Shown: positions 20,262-29,760 of the stretch, one piece after another
How the letters are laid out: every line of letters starts with the position of its first letter
Position numbering within the stretch: position 1 is the first letter of the stretch
Assembly (NCBI GenBank): GCA_034520945.1
Contig: JAXHNB010000002.1
Coordinates: 64,001-128,000 of the forward strand
Reading direction: 5' to 3'
DNA length: 64,000 bases
Source: Trueperaceae bacterium
GTDB lineage: Bacteria; Deinococcota; Deinococci; Deinococcales; Trueperaceae
Made by a program: the position numbers and the translations under genes
The notes under the pieces: model-generated
The model's database searches: none
What the model was told of the DNA's origin: nothing
The model's input: only the letters and a program-made list of their open reading frames with translations

Positions 20262-21388
20262 GTGTCAGACACCGTCAAAGCCTTGGAGCCCCAGCCGGTC
20301 GTGCTGCGGGGGTGCGCAAGCGCTTCGGGCGCGACGTCGCCGTGGATGGGATCACCGTCACGGCCCGGGCCGGTGAGTTGACGACGCTGGTCGGGCCGTC
20401 GGGTTGCGGCAAGACGACCACGCTCCGGGCCATCGGCGGATTCCTCGACCCTGAAGAGGGCGAAATCCTGATCGGGGACCGTGTCGTTAACGGCGTTCCA
20501 CCGAGCCGCCGCTCGACGCGCACGGTGTTTCAGAATTACGCGCTGTTTCCTCACATGAGCGTGTTCGAGAACGTAGCGTTCGGCTTGCGGGCAACCGGCG
20601 CGCGGCGAAGCGAGATTCCAACCCGTGTCGGCGAGTCACTCGAGATCGTGGGCCTCAGCGGGCTCGAGCGGCGCGCCTCGGGCGAGTTGTCCGGAGGGCA
20701 GCAACAGCGCGTGGCATTCGCGCGGGCACTTGTTACCCGGCCCGAGGTGCTGCTCTTGGACGAGCCGCTGTCGAATCTCGACGCGAAGCTACGCATTCAG
20801 ATGCGCGGAGAGATCCGGCGGATCCAGCAGGAGGTCGGCATCACGACCGTGTACGTCACGCACGATCAGGAGGAGGCCATGAGCCTCTCGGATCACATGG
20901 TGGTCATGAACCAGGGACGTGTAGAGCAGCAGGGCCTTCCTCACGAGGTGTACGAGGCACCCGCCAGCAAGTTCGTCGCGAGCTTCATCGGTGTCACGAA
21001 CTTCGTGCCAGCCGAGATCGAATCGCGAACCGCGGACACGTTTCGTGTGCGTTCGCTGGGTGTCCATATGGACGTTCCGAGGCCGCCGACCGTGGATGAG
21101 GAGACGTCGGCGGCGACCATGGTGGTCAGGCCGGAACACCTCCACGTGGTGCGGGCAGGCGAAGAGGAGGCCGAGGTGGGGTCGTCCATGCCGCGGGCCC
21201 AGTACCTTCGTGGCACCGTGCGGGAAGTGAGCTACCTCGGAGCAGCCGCGAGCTACCGCGTCAAAGTGGCGTCAGGCGAAGAGCTCACCGTCCAAGACCC
21301 AGCCCCCCATGGCGCGGACCTACATCGTGTCGGGCAAGAGGTGACCCTCCTGCTGGAGGTGCCACGGGTCTATCTCTTGCCGACATGA
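20262..21388 (+). CDS. ABC transporter ATP-binding protein (FbpC/PotA-like, TOBE domain); apparent frameshift at 20308-20312
   Basis: GPSGCGKT, LSGGQQQRVA, LDEPLSNLD. GGAGG precedes GTG 20262, which joins the main frame if the G5 run has six G (VVLRGVRKRFG). Confidence 0.9.
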
Positions 21389-22924
21389 CGTCAGAGAGGA
21401 CGGTGACGTCTTCGGATGCGCGCAGGGCGCGCTTTCGGGGATGTCGTGTTGCGAACGCGAGCCCTTCAGGCGCCCACGTCTGAAGCGGGCTCGACACGAC
21501 GTTCGGCTGGCTGTTTCACGACCCCCTACCCCACCGGTCACCAACCACGCCAGCACCACCACGATCGCCAGTCCGCCCACCCAGTCGCCGAGCCGCACGT
21601 ACGGGGTAAGCCCTCGATGCGGGCGCACCGGCGCCACCGTCCCGGTCGCCGAGCCGTGCGGCAGTCGCCGCACGATGTCGCCGCGTGGGTCGAACACCGC
21701 ACTCGGCCCGGACTGGCTGGCGAACACCGTGGCGCGGGCGGTTTCGGCGGCCCGGAACGCGGTGACGCGCAGGTGCAGCTCGGGCGTGACGGTGGTGCCG
21801 GCGAAGCTGTCCTCGGTGACGTAGATCAGGATCTCGGCCCCGTCCGACACCGAGGTGCGGCCGAGCGAACCGAACACGCTGTCCAGGCAGATGCCGAGCC
21901 CGACGGCGTGGCCCGCCACCTCCAGCGGGGGGACCGCCTCGCCGGCGGTGTAGCGCGCCTCGTTGATGGGCACCAGGGCGCGTTTGCGGTAGGCCTCGCG
22001 CAGCCTCCCCTCCTGCCAGTGGAAGACGGCGTTGTAGGAGCGCCCCTCGCGGTAGGAGACGCCCCCCACCAACGCCAGCGGGGCGGGCGCCAGCGCGTCC
22101 GCGAGGTAGTCCGGCACGTGGCCGGGACGTACGGCCTGCGGAATGGCCGTCTCGCCCCACACCACCAGGTCGGCGCCCCGCTCGGCGGCCTGGGCGGTCA
22201 GCTCGGCGTAGGGCTCGACCATGCGCTGGGCGGCCGCCCGGTCGAAGCGCGCCATCAGCGAGGCGGCGCTGGACACGGCGCCCTGAGCGATCCCGACGCG
22301 AAGCGGCGTGCTTTGCCCGTCGCCGGCCGTCACGCCCGGCACGGGAAGCACCGGCGCGATCGCCACCACCCCCAGCACGGCCAGCGCCGGCGCCACGCCC
22401 CGCCACCGCAGCAGCGCGAACAGCGCCACGTTGATCAGCAGCACGGCCAGGCTCACCCCGCTGATGCCGCTCCAGGGCGCCAGCCCCATCAGCGGCGTGT
22501 CGAACTGCGTGTAGCCCGCGGCGCTCATGCCGTTCGCGAAGTCGCCGAACAGGGCGCGCTGCGCCGGAAGGTACTCCGCCGCGATCCACCACGCCGGAAA
22601 GCTCCACAGCGCGGCGGTGGGGCCTGCGATCCGCGCGATCAGGATGTACCCGGCCCCCGCCAGCGCCATCCAGAGGCCGGCAACGACGGCCAGCAGCGGG
22701 TACGCCCACGGGACGGCCGCGGCGACGCCTTCGAACGCCACCAGGCCGGTTCCGAGCGAGGCGATCCAGCCGGCCAGCGCGCCCCGCCAGGCCGACCGTT
22801 CGCCGCTGAGCACGTACAGCAGCGGCAGGTACGCCGCCAGCGCGATCCAGCCCGGCCCCCAGGGCCGGTGCGCGGCGCTCATCAGCGCCGCGCTGAGCAG
22901 CGCGAACGCCAGCAGCCGCGTCAC
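21320..22924 (-). CDS. lnt: Apolipoprotein N-acyltransferase
   Basis: N-terminal TM helices, GYTQ, nitrilase triad E (WGET), K (YRKRALVP), C (ICLDS), TPYVRLGDW. The 3' end is uncertain because it overlaps the convergent ATPase. Confidence 0.88.
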   Translation of the reverse strand: MTRLLAFALLSAALMSAAHRPWGPGWIALAAYLPLLYVLSGERSAWRGALAGWIASLGTGLVAFEGVAAAVPWAYPLLAVVAGLWMALAGAGYILIARIAGPTAALWSFPAWWIAAEYLPAQRALFGDFANGMSAAGYTQFDTPLMGLAPWSGISGVSLAVLLINVALFALLRWRGVAPALAVLGVVAIAPVLPVPGVTAGDGQSTPLRVGIAQGAVSSAASLMARFDRAAAQRMVEPYAELTAQAAERGADLVVWGETAIPQAVRPGHVPDYLADALAPAPLALVGGVSYREGRSYNAVFHWQEGRLREAYRKRALVPINEARYTAGEAVPPLEVAGHAVGLGICLDSVFGSLGRTSVSDGAEILIYVTEDSFAGTTVTPELHLRVTAFRAAETARATVFASQSGPSAVFDPRGDIVRRLPHGSATGTVAPVRPHRGLTPYVRLGDWVGGLAIVVVLAWLVTGGVGGRETASRTSCRARFRRGRLKGSRSQHDIPESAPCAHPKTSPSSLTSCRQEIDPWHLQQEGHLLPDTM

Positions 22925-23481
22925 CGCCACGGCTCCGGTTGCGGCGGCGGGTCGGGGAACGCCAAGGCCCGGCCCGTCCACGCCTCCACGAACGCCTGCA
23001 ACGGGTACAACACCTGCCCCGTCGTCGGATCGGTGGCGTACACGTAGCCGTCGCGCACCTGGCGCACCAGCAGCAGACGGCCGCCCTCCTCACCAAGGTG
23101 CGCCACGAACGGCACGTTCAGGCGCGACAGGGCGGCCGGGTCGGCCTCCACCCAGCGTCCGTCGAAGCCGAGGCGAGCCGCCGCGTCCCGCATTCCGTCC
23201 AAGGTGCCGTCGAAGCCCGCCTCGTCCAAGCGGCGCTGTACCGCCTCCTCGGACAGGGGCCGCCCCTGCCAGTGCCGCAGCGTGGCCAGCGTCGCCGCCG
23301 CCCCGAAGCGCCCCGTTCGTTGCGGCACCGGCGCCTCGCGGTCGGTGACGTAGCGCTGCCCGTCGAAGCGGGGGTGCGCCCGCCAGTCGTTCCGCCAGGC
23401 CGCGTCGTAGGCGTTCCATGCCGCCGGCCCGAACAGGGCCAGGGCGGCGACGGCGAGGATCCAGAGGTCGCGGCGCTTCAT
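22921..23481 (-). CDS. Membrane-anchored peptidase C39-like domain protein lacking the catalytic Cys and His
   Basis: N-terminal TM; PQ...GAAATLATL, TLDGMRDAAARLGF, PFVAHL, DPTTG, FVEAWTG follow the C39 pattern; the ORF contains no Cys. Confidence 0.7.
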   Translation of the reverse strand: MKRRDLWILAVAALALFGPAAWNAYDAAWRNDWRAHPRFDGQRYVTDREAPVPQRTGRFGAAATLATLRHWQGRPLSEEAVQRRLDEAGFDGTLDGMRDAAARLGFDGRWVEADPAALSRLNVPFVAHLGEEGGRLLLVRQVRDGYVYATDPTTGQVLYPLQAFVEAWTGRALAFPDPPPQPEPWR

Positions 23482-23566
23482 GCGTGCACGCCCATCCACG
23501 AACGGGTGCAGCCGGTCGGCACGCCGCCGGCTGCACCCGCAGATCGTTCGAACGTTCCCCGTGGGT

Positions 23567-24494
23567 TCAGTTGGCCGCCTCGAAGGTGACGAAGTTGAAC
23601 GCGCCTTGCACGGGGCTGCCGTCTGTCATCGACGAGTTGACGATGACTTGGATCTGGTCGAAGCGGGACGTACGGTCTGCGCTGAATGGTCGCCGCGACG
23701 GGCGTCACGACGGTGGTGAAGTTTCGGTAGTCGTAGTTCACCCCGTCAATGTCGATTCGGTACACGTTGTTGCTGCCATCGTAGCTGGCGGTCCAGTTGT
23801 CGGTGCCCGTGTACTTCGCGCCGTTGTCGTCGACCGTGCCGAACGCCAACGGAAGCCCGCTGCCGACGTCGTTGCTGATCGTTCCTTCGCTGGCGTCGAG
23901 GTGCAGGGTGGGATCCTCCGTACCGCCCGTGCCCATGTCGCCGAGCCGAAGGCTGCCGTCTTCCTCGGCCACGAGCGTCACGTTCAGGGCGTTGGCGCCG
24001 GCGATGAAGGGTCCGTTCCCGTTGGACTTCAGGGCGATGGCGGGGCCGGCGCCCTGCTGCTTGACGGTCACGGCGCCGACGTCGTCCTCGTCGTTCTGGC
24101 TGCTGAACACCGCGGCGCTGCCGCTGCCCGTGTTGGTGTTCTCGACGTAGAACACCGTGTTCGCGTCGAGGTCATCGGGCGATTCGGCGTCCGCCGAGAT
24201 CTCCAGGCGGCCGCTCATGGTGTCGCCGGCCACGTCCACCTTGTCGTTCTGCAGCGCGCCGATGTCACTGGCGTTGGTGGCGATGTCGGTCTCGTTGGTG
24301 TTGATCTGCGTCTGCGCGTCGCTGAAGTTGTCGTTGATGGTGCCGAACAGGTCGTTCAGGTCGGAGGCCTGCAGCACGTCGCCGTCCGCGAAGCTGGACG
24401 AGGTGTCGTCGAAGCTCACCGCGGCCAGCGTCCACAGGCCGAAGGCGAGCGTGAGCGTGAACAGGGTGGCGGCGAAGATGCGAAGTCGGTTCAT
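23567..24494 (-). CDS. Secreted tail-fibre/adhesin-like protein with a coiled-coil stalk; frameshift near 23690-23700
   Basis: Signal peptide, FADGDVLQASDLNDLF, heptads with INTN/IATN, KVDVAGDTMSG, beta-rich remainder. An alternative frame ends ...VQGAFNFVTFEAAN* at 23567. Confidence 0.65.
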
Positions 24495-24524
24495 GGGATC
24501 TCCCTCGCGAGGTCGGGTTCGGCG

Positions 24525-25323
24525 TCAGTCCAGCACGCAGCTGCCGAGCAGCGAGCTGCCCAACTGGCATGTATCGAGAACGGTGGTGCCCGTGGTGAAC
24601 GAGAACGTCGAAGGCGGCGTTCAGGGCGGTGCCGGCCGCGCTTTCGGCGCCCGTGCCGATGGTGAGCGTGTAGCTGGTGTCCGCGTTCAGGTCGGTGTCA
24701 GGATTGCAGGTCAGGACGTCGCCCGCGGCGTTCCAAATGAAGGTGCAGTCGATGGAGGGGGTGGCGCTGAACGCGCCCTCGGTCGCGGCCTGATTCATCG
24801 CCTCGCTGAAGCGCACCTTCACGTTCGCGTTGCGGGCCACGTCCGTGGCGCCACCTGTTGGGGTGGTGCCGGTCACGCTCGGGCCCGGTCCGCCGGCGGT
24901 CGTGAACGAGAAGGCGTGGTCGCTGCCGAGCGTGCTTCCGCCCGTGCTCTCCGCCGTAGCGCCGATGGTGATCGTGTACGACGTGCCGGCCGACAGGTCG
25001 CTCTGCGGATCGCAGGTGAGCCGGTCGCCCGCCGCGTTCCAGGAAACGTCGCACGCGAGGGCCGGTGAGGCGCTGAACGCGTTTTCGGTGGGGCCTTGCG
25101 CCATCGAGGTGGAGAAGTCCACCACGATGTCGGCGCCGGTGGCGACGTTGGCGCTTCCGTCGGACGGCGTGGTGCCGGTGACGCTGGGTCCGCCGGTCGG
25201 CGAGGAGGGACCCCCGCAGGCGGTCACGAGCAGCAAGAGTGCCAGCGCCAAGCCAAGGGGGGCACGGCGTCGCCATGCACGGCGCGCCGCTCCGAGGGCC
25301 GGCCTCACGCGCGACCGATGCAT
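24525..25323 (-). CDS. Lipoprotein with two SbsA/Big_5-type Ig-like domains; frameshift near 24600-24620
   Basis: Lipobox VTA-C; two repeats of PSVTGTTP...F S..M...L...TSYT.TIG..A...G..L...FSFTT. The corrected frame ends TTGTTVLDTCQLGSSLLGSCVLD* at 24525. Confidence 0.8.
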
Positions 25324-25645
25324 GCCCGGAGATTCGCGTCTCGATGTGGGTCACGAACGTGTTGCTGATCGGTCACGAAATCTACCTCCTCGTGACGGGT
25401 TCCGTGCGTGCAGCGCGTTGCCTGGCGGCACTGATCGCGCGCCGACGGGCCAATGCACTGAAGATGGTCAGACCCCATTGTTCGTGGTGGGGCGGCGTCG
25501 TGTCAAACGCCCGAAGGTGGGCACGGACGGACGGGTGCGCGTACGCAGGCGACGCAGGTAAGGTCGGCTCGGGCACCGACTTGTGCACGCCACCGGCACG
25601 GTGCCCCTGGCAGGGGCCGACACTCCCGCTCGAAGGAGGCGCGCG

Positions 25646-26402
25646 ATGGTTCGGAACGAAGGGGACGCCGTCGAGGAGAACGACCGCCCATGCGATGAAG
25701 CGGCGGCGACAGGTGCGGGTGCGTCGCACGAAGACGGCGCAGGCGACTTCTGGGACGATCCCGGACGTGGTCGAGGCGTTCGCTGCGCGGCCCCCCGATA
25801 CGCGCATGGTGGAAAGACTGGCGGATGCGCCGCGGTCCACCCGCGTGTTGGACCTGGGCTGCGCGGGTGGTCGCAACGCCGTGTGGCTGGCCGAGCACGG
25901 CTTCGACCTGCACGCTGTCGACGCGTCGGACGCCATGTGCGCCCGCACGCGGGACCGGCTCGGCCCCGTCCTGGGGCGAGCAGAGGCCGAGCGGCGCGTG
26001 CACCGGCGCCCCATGGACGACCTCGCGCCCTTCGGGGACGGGGCGTTCGACGTGATTCTCGCGTTCGGGATCTTCCATGCGGCGCAGAGCGAAGACGCCT
26101 GGCATCGCGCGGTGGCGGAGGCGGCGCGGGTGCTCGTCTCAGGGGGCGAGATGTGGGTGGCGCACTTCGCGCCGGAGTCCGACCCCACGGGCGAGGGGCT
26201 GCGGCGGGTCGAAGGGGAGGACCACCTGTACGAGGGCTTCCGTGGGCACCGCCACATCCTTTTGCTCCAGCCCGGTGAACTCGACGCGTGGGCCGCAGGG
26301 CACGGGTTCGTGCCCGTGACGCCGACCGAGGCGGTACGCGTGGTGCGGGGCGAGGGGTACCGCACCACCGTCAACGCGCGCTACCGGTTGGAAGGAGTCT
26401 GA
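25646..26402 (+). CDS. Class I SAM-dependent methyltransferase; apparent 1-nt frameshift at about 25760
   Basis: VLDLGCAGGRN, AVDAS, FDVI. GGAGG precedes ATG 25646, and removing one C gives FWDDPDVVEAF. Confidence 0.8.
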
Positions 26403-26419
26403 GGAGGGGCTTCACCCCC

Positions 26420-27235
26420 CTACCAGGAGCCGAAGTCCTGAAGGAACGCGCCCAACGCCTCGGCGCATGCCCTGGCGATCCGCTCGCCCTTCTCGTGGCT
26501 GGCCGCGCTGGGATCGCCCAGCGTGCCGCTCGGAGACAGGGCGTCGAAGGGCAGGTAGCGGCGGGCCGGCGCGCCGTCGAACAGGTCGGAGGAGAGGTAG
26601 CGCGAGGGGTGTTCCGGGTAGCAGGTCACGGCCTCGTCCATGCGCACCAGGGTGCCGTGCGTGGCCAGCATCAGCGAGGTCTCGAACTCGCCGGCGTGGC
26701 CGGTGCCGCCGGTTCGGGTGTCGCGCAGCTCTGCGCTTCGCGGGCCCAGAAGGTGGAAGTAGGTGAGTGCGGCGACGCGTGGTACGTCGGCGCCGCGTTC
26801 ACCCAGGCGTGCCAGCGCGACGTTCAGCGCGGCCACGTTGCCGCCGTGGCCGTTGAGCAGCAGGATGCGGCGAACGCCGTGGTGCAGCAGCGACACGCAC
26901 ACGTCCACCACCACGTCGACGAACGTGGAGGTGGTGAGGGTGATGGAGCCGGCCAGGCCCATGTGATGCGGCGACAGGCCCGTCCACAGGGTGGGCAGCA
27001 GCAGGAGCGGCCGCTCGTCGCTCCAGTCTTCGGCTGCGTGGCGCGCCACGGTTTCCGCCGCGAACGCGTCGGTGCCCACCGGCAGGTGGTGCCCGTGTTG
27101 CTCGGTCGAGCCGACCGGCACGATCACGATCGGATCGCGCGCGATCGCGTCGGCCAGCATGGGCGAAGTGTTGTCCGCCCAGTCGAGGTGCGGGCGGAAC
27201 GCCGCGTCGTCGCCCGAGGTGCGGGGAGGCGCCAT
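26420..27235 (-). CDS. Creatininase-family amidohydrolase
   Basis: EQHGHHLP..TD, SPHH, NGHGGN, HAGEFETS. Confidence 0.92.
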   Translation of the reverse strand: MAPPRTSGDDAAFRPHLDWADNTSPMLADAIARDPIVIVPVGSTEQHGHHLPVGTDAFAAETVARHAAEDWSDERPLLLLPTLWTGLSPHHMGLAGSITLTTSTFVDVVVDVCVSLLHHGVRRILLLNGHGGNVAALNVALARLGERGADVPRVAALTYFHLLGPRSAELRDTRTGGTGHAGEFETSLMLATHGTLVRMDEAVTCYPEHPSRYLSSDLFDGAPARRYLPFDALSPSGTLGDPSAASHEKGERIARACAEALGAFLQDFGSW

Positions 27236-28707
27236 CAGCCGACGTGGAGGCTGATCGTCTTCAGGTCGCTCATCTCGCGGAGGGCGTACATCCCACCGAC
27301 GCGCCCCACCCCGCTGAGCTTGCCGGACGCCCCGCCGAACGGTACGTGCAACTCCCAGTACGTCGAGGCGTCGTTCACGTTCACGGTGCCGGTCCGGATG
27401 CCCTCTGCGAAGTAGTAGGCGCGCTTCAGGTCGCGCGTGAACACGCTGGAGACCAGCCCCAGCGTATTGCGATTCGCGATCTCGAGGATCTCCTCGTCGC
27501 TGCGGACGCGAATCAGCGGGACGACGGGCCCGAAGGTCTCCTCGAGGTTCAGTTTGCTGTCCAGGCTCACGTCGCTCAGCACGGTCGGCTCGAAGTACAG
27601 GTCGCTGCCCAGGTCATTGCGGGCGTGCCCGCCGAACATCACGCTGGCGCCGCCCTGCAAGCTTTCCGAGACGTGGTCGGCCACCTTGGCCGCCACGCCT
27701 GCGTTGTTGAGCGGGCCCATGGTGCTCGATTCGTCGAGCGGATCGCCCAGCCGGACCCGTTTGGCGGCGTCCACCACGCGCTCCGCGAAGGCGTCGTAGA
27801 TGTTGGAGCCGACGAGGACGCGTTCGGAGGAGGAGCAGATCTGTCCGGCATTGGTGAAGCTGCCCGCCGCTGTGGCCTGCACGGCCGCGTCGAGGTCGGC
27901 GTCGTCGAGAACGATCACCGGGCCGTTGCCCCCCATCTCCAGCAGGCACGGTTTTCCGGCGGCCCGCTGGGCGATGTGGACGCCGGTGGCGGCGCTGCCG
28001 GTGAAGCCGACCCCGTCGGTGTCGGGATGCCCCACGATCTCGTCGCCGACCACCTCGCCGGGTCCCGTGACGAGGTTCAGGGCCCCCTCCGGCACGCCGG
28101 CCTCCTCGAGGCAGGCCGTGAGCTTCACCGCGCAGGCGGAGGTGGTGGGGGCGGGCACCCACACGATGGCATTGCCGGCCGCCAACCCGGGCGCCAGGTA
28201 CTCCACGGGGATGTTCATGGGGAAGTTCCACGGCGTGACCACGGCGTACACGCCGCGGGGCTGGTGGATGGTGAACACGCGCTTGCCGGGATCGGCCACC
28301 CGAATCGTCTCGCCTTGGAGCCACTTCACGTGCTCGGACGCATTGCGGAACCCCTCGATCGCCTTGGAGACTTCGAACTGCGCTTCCGACCACAGCGGCT
28401 TGCCCTGGTCCTCGGTGAGGGTCCGCGCCAGCTCGTCCTTGCGTCGCTCCATCACGTCGGCCACGTCCTGCAGCAACTTCGAGCGCTCCCAGACCGACAT
28501 GGCGGCCATGTGCCGCTGGCCCTTCCGCGCAGCAGCGATCGCGTTGCGGGCGTCCTCGCGCGAGCCCTTGGGAAGCGTCGCGAAGGTCGTGCCCGTGGCG
28601 GGGTTGACGGCGTCGAACGTCTCGCCCGACTGGCTCTCGACCCAGCGACCTTCGATGAACATGCGGAGTTCCTGAACGGGGGTGGATTGGGGGGTACGCG
28701 TGCTCAT
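27235..28707 (-). CDS. NAD(P)-dependent aldehyde dehydrogenase
   Basis: PWNFP, FTGS, EMGG, catalytic Cys in GQICSS, EETFGP. Confidence 0.95.
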   Translation of the reverse strand: MSTRTPQSTPVQELRMFIEGRWVESQSGETFDAVNPATGTTFATLPKGSREDARNAIAAARKGQRHMAAMSVWERSKLLQDVADVMERRKDELARTLTEDQGKPLWSEAQFEVSKAIEGFRNASEHVKWLQGETIRVADPGKRVFTIHQPRGVYAVVTPWNFPMNIPVEYLAPGLAAGNAIVWVPAPTTSACAVKLTACLEEAGVPEGALNLVTGPGEVVGDEIVGHPDTDGVGFTGSAATGVHIAQRAAGKPCLLEMGGNGPVIVLDDADLDAAVQATAAGSFTNAGQICSSSERVLVGSNIYDAFAERVVDAAKRVRLGDPLDESSTMGPLNNAGVAAKVADHVSESLQGGASVMFGGHARNDLGSDLYFEPTVLSDVSLDSKLNLEETFGPVVPLIRVRSDEEILEIANRNTLGLVSSVFTRDLKRAYYFAEGIRTGTVNVNDASTYWELHVPFGGASGKLSGVGRVGGMYALREMSDLKTISLHVG

Positions 28708-28716
28708 GGTGCCTCC

Positions 28717-29760
28717 TTAGCGGTGCTCGAGGTCCGTCACCTCGACGGCGCCTCCTTGGTCCAACGATCGGTGTACGGCGCGGCAGATCGCCACGGCGTC
28801 GCGTGCGGTGCGGCCCGACGAGCGCGGGGTCTCGCCGGTGGTCAGGCAGCGGACGAAGTGGTCGATCTCCTCGCGCAACGCGCCCGCCACGCGGCCGTCC
28901 AGCCGCGGCCAGTGACGCGTTTCGGGCATGCGCCACCCCTGAGCGTCGACCGCCACCAGATTCATGGTGCGGAGGTCGAGCGACGCGGTGCCCTTTCGGC
29001 CGAACACGTCCAAGCGGACGTCCCCGAACGGCCCCCACGCCTCGGGGGCCCGCGTCTCGCCCCATGCGTTCGGCAGTGTCCAGCCGCTCTCCACCACGGC
29101 GAGCGACCCGTCGCCGAAGGTGAGGGACGAGAAGACCACGTCGGGGGTGCCGTAGGCGTCGAACACGTCGCCGCGCGCCTGGTGCGCCTGCACGCGCACC
29201 GGCCGCGCCGGCCGGAGCCAGTTCAGGACGTCGAAGTCGTGCACGCCGAGGTAGTCCACCACATGCGTGCCGCCCGCGAAGCGGTCGGCTTCGCCTCGTA
29301 GGCCGTGACGGCGCGCGTACACCGATACCAGGTCGCCGAGCACGCCGGCCCGCACCGCCTCGCGAAGGTTGGCGTAGGCGGTCTCGAACCGCAAGATATG
29401 GCCCACGAGCAGGGGCACGCCGGCGGCGTACGTCGCGGCGATCATGGCGTCGGCATCGTCCAATCGCGTCGCCAGGGGCTTCTCGACCAGCACGCCGAGA
29501 CCGGCCTGCGCGGCGCGGACCACGCTGTCCCGGTGGGCGTGGTCGGGCGTGGCCACCACGACGCCGTCGAGGTCCATGGCGAGGAGTTCGTCCAGCGACG
29601 TGCAGGCCCGCGCTCCGTGCGCCTCCGCCGTGCGGACCGCCGCGGCGGGGTCGGCGTCGAACACGGCCGTGAGCTCGCCACCGGTGGCCTGGGCGAGGGT
29701 GGCGGCATGGAGCCGGCCCATGAAGCCGCACCCCACCACCCCGATGCGCGCCCTGTTCAT
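28717..29760 (-). CDS. Gfo/Idh/MocA-family oxidoreductase
   Basis: GCGFMG, VEKP, GVHDFD. Confidence 0.92.
   Translation of the reverse strand: MNRARIGVVGCGFMGRLHAATLAQATGGELTAVFDADPAAAVRTAEAHGARACTSLDELLAMDLDGVVVATPDHAHRDSVVRAAQAGLGVLVEKPLATRLDDADAMIAATYAAGVPLLVGHILRFETAYANLREAVRAGVLGDLVSVYARRHGLRGEADRFAGGTHVVDYLGVHDFDVLNWLRPARPVRVQAHQARGDVFDAYGTPDVVFSSLTFGDGSLAVVESGWTLPNAWGETRAPEAWGPFGDVRLDVFGRKGTASLDLRTMNLVAVDAQGWRMPETRHWPRLDGRVAGALREEIDHFVRCLTTGETPRSSGRTARDAVAICRAVHRSLDQGGAVEVTDLEHR

Noticed and set aside
24600..25200. Repeated DNA segments in the lipoprotein gene
   Set aside because: Explained by two tandem Ig-like domains; not a CRISPR array or mobile repeat.
25349..25396. GGTCACGAA repeated at 22-bp spacing plus an inverted TCGTGAC
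   Set aside because: May be coding sequence of an upstream GTG start (25376, after GGAGG) disrupted by an indel; too short to call an operator.
25400..25600. Possible c-di-GMP riboswitch upstream of the fibre cluster
   Set aside because: GAACAATG and CAAAC..CGAAG look suggestive, but the class I GACGCAAAGC core and the class II GCAC/GTGC pseudoknot pair are missing.
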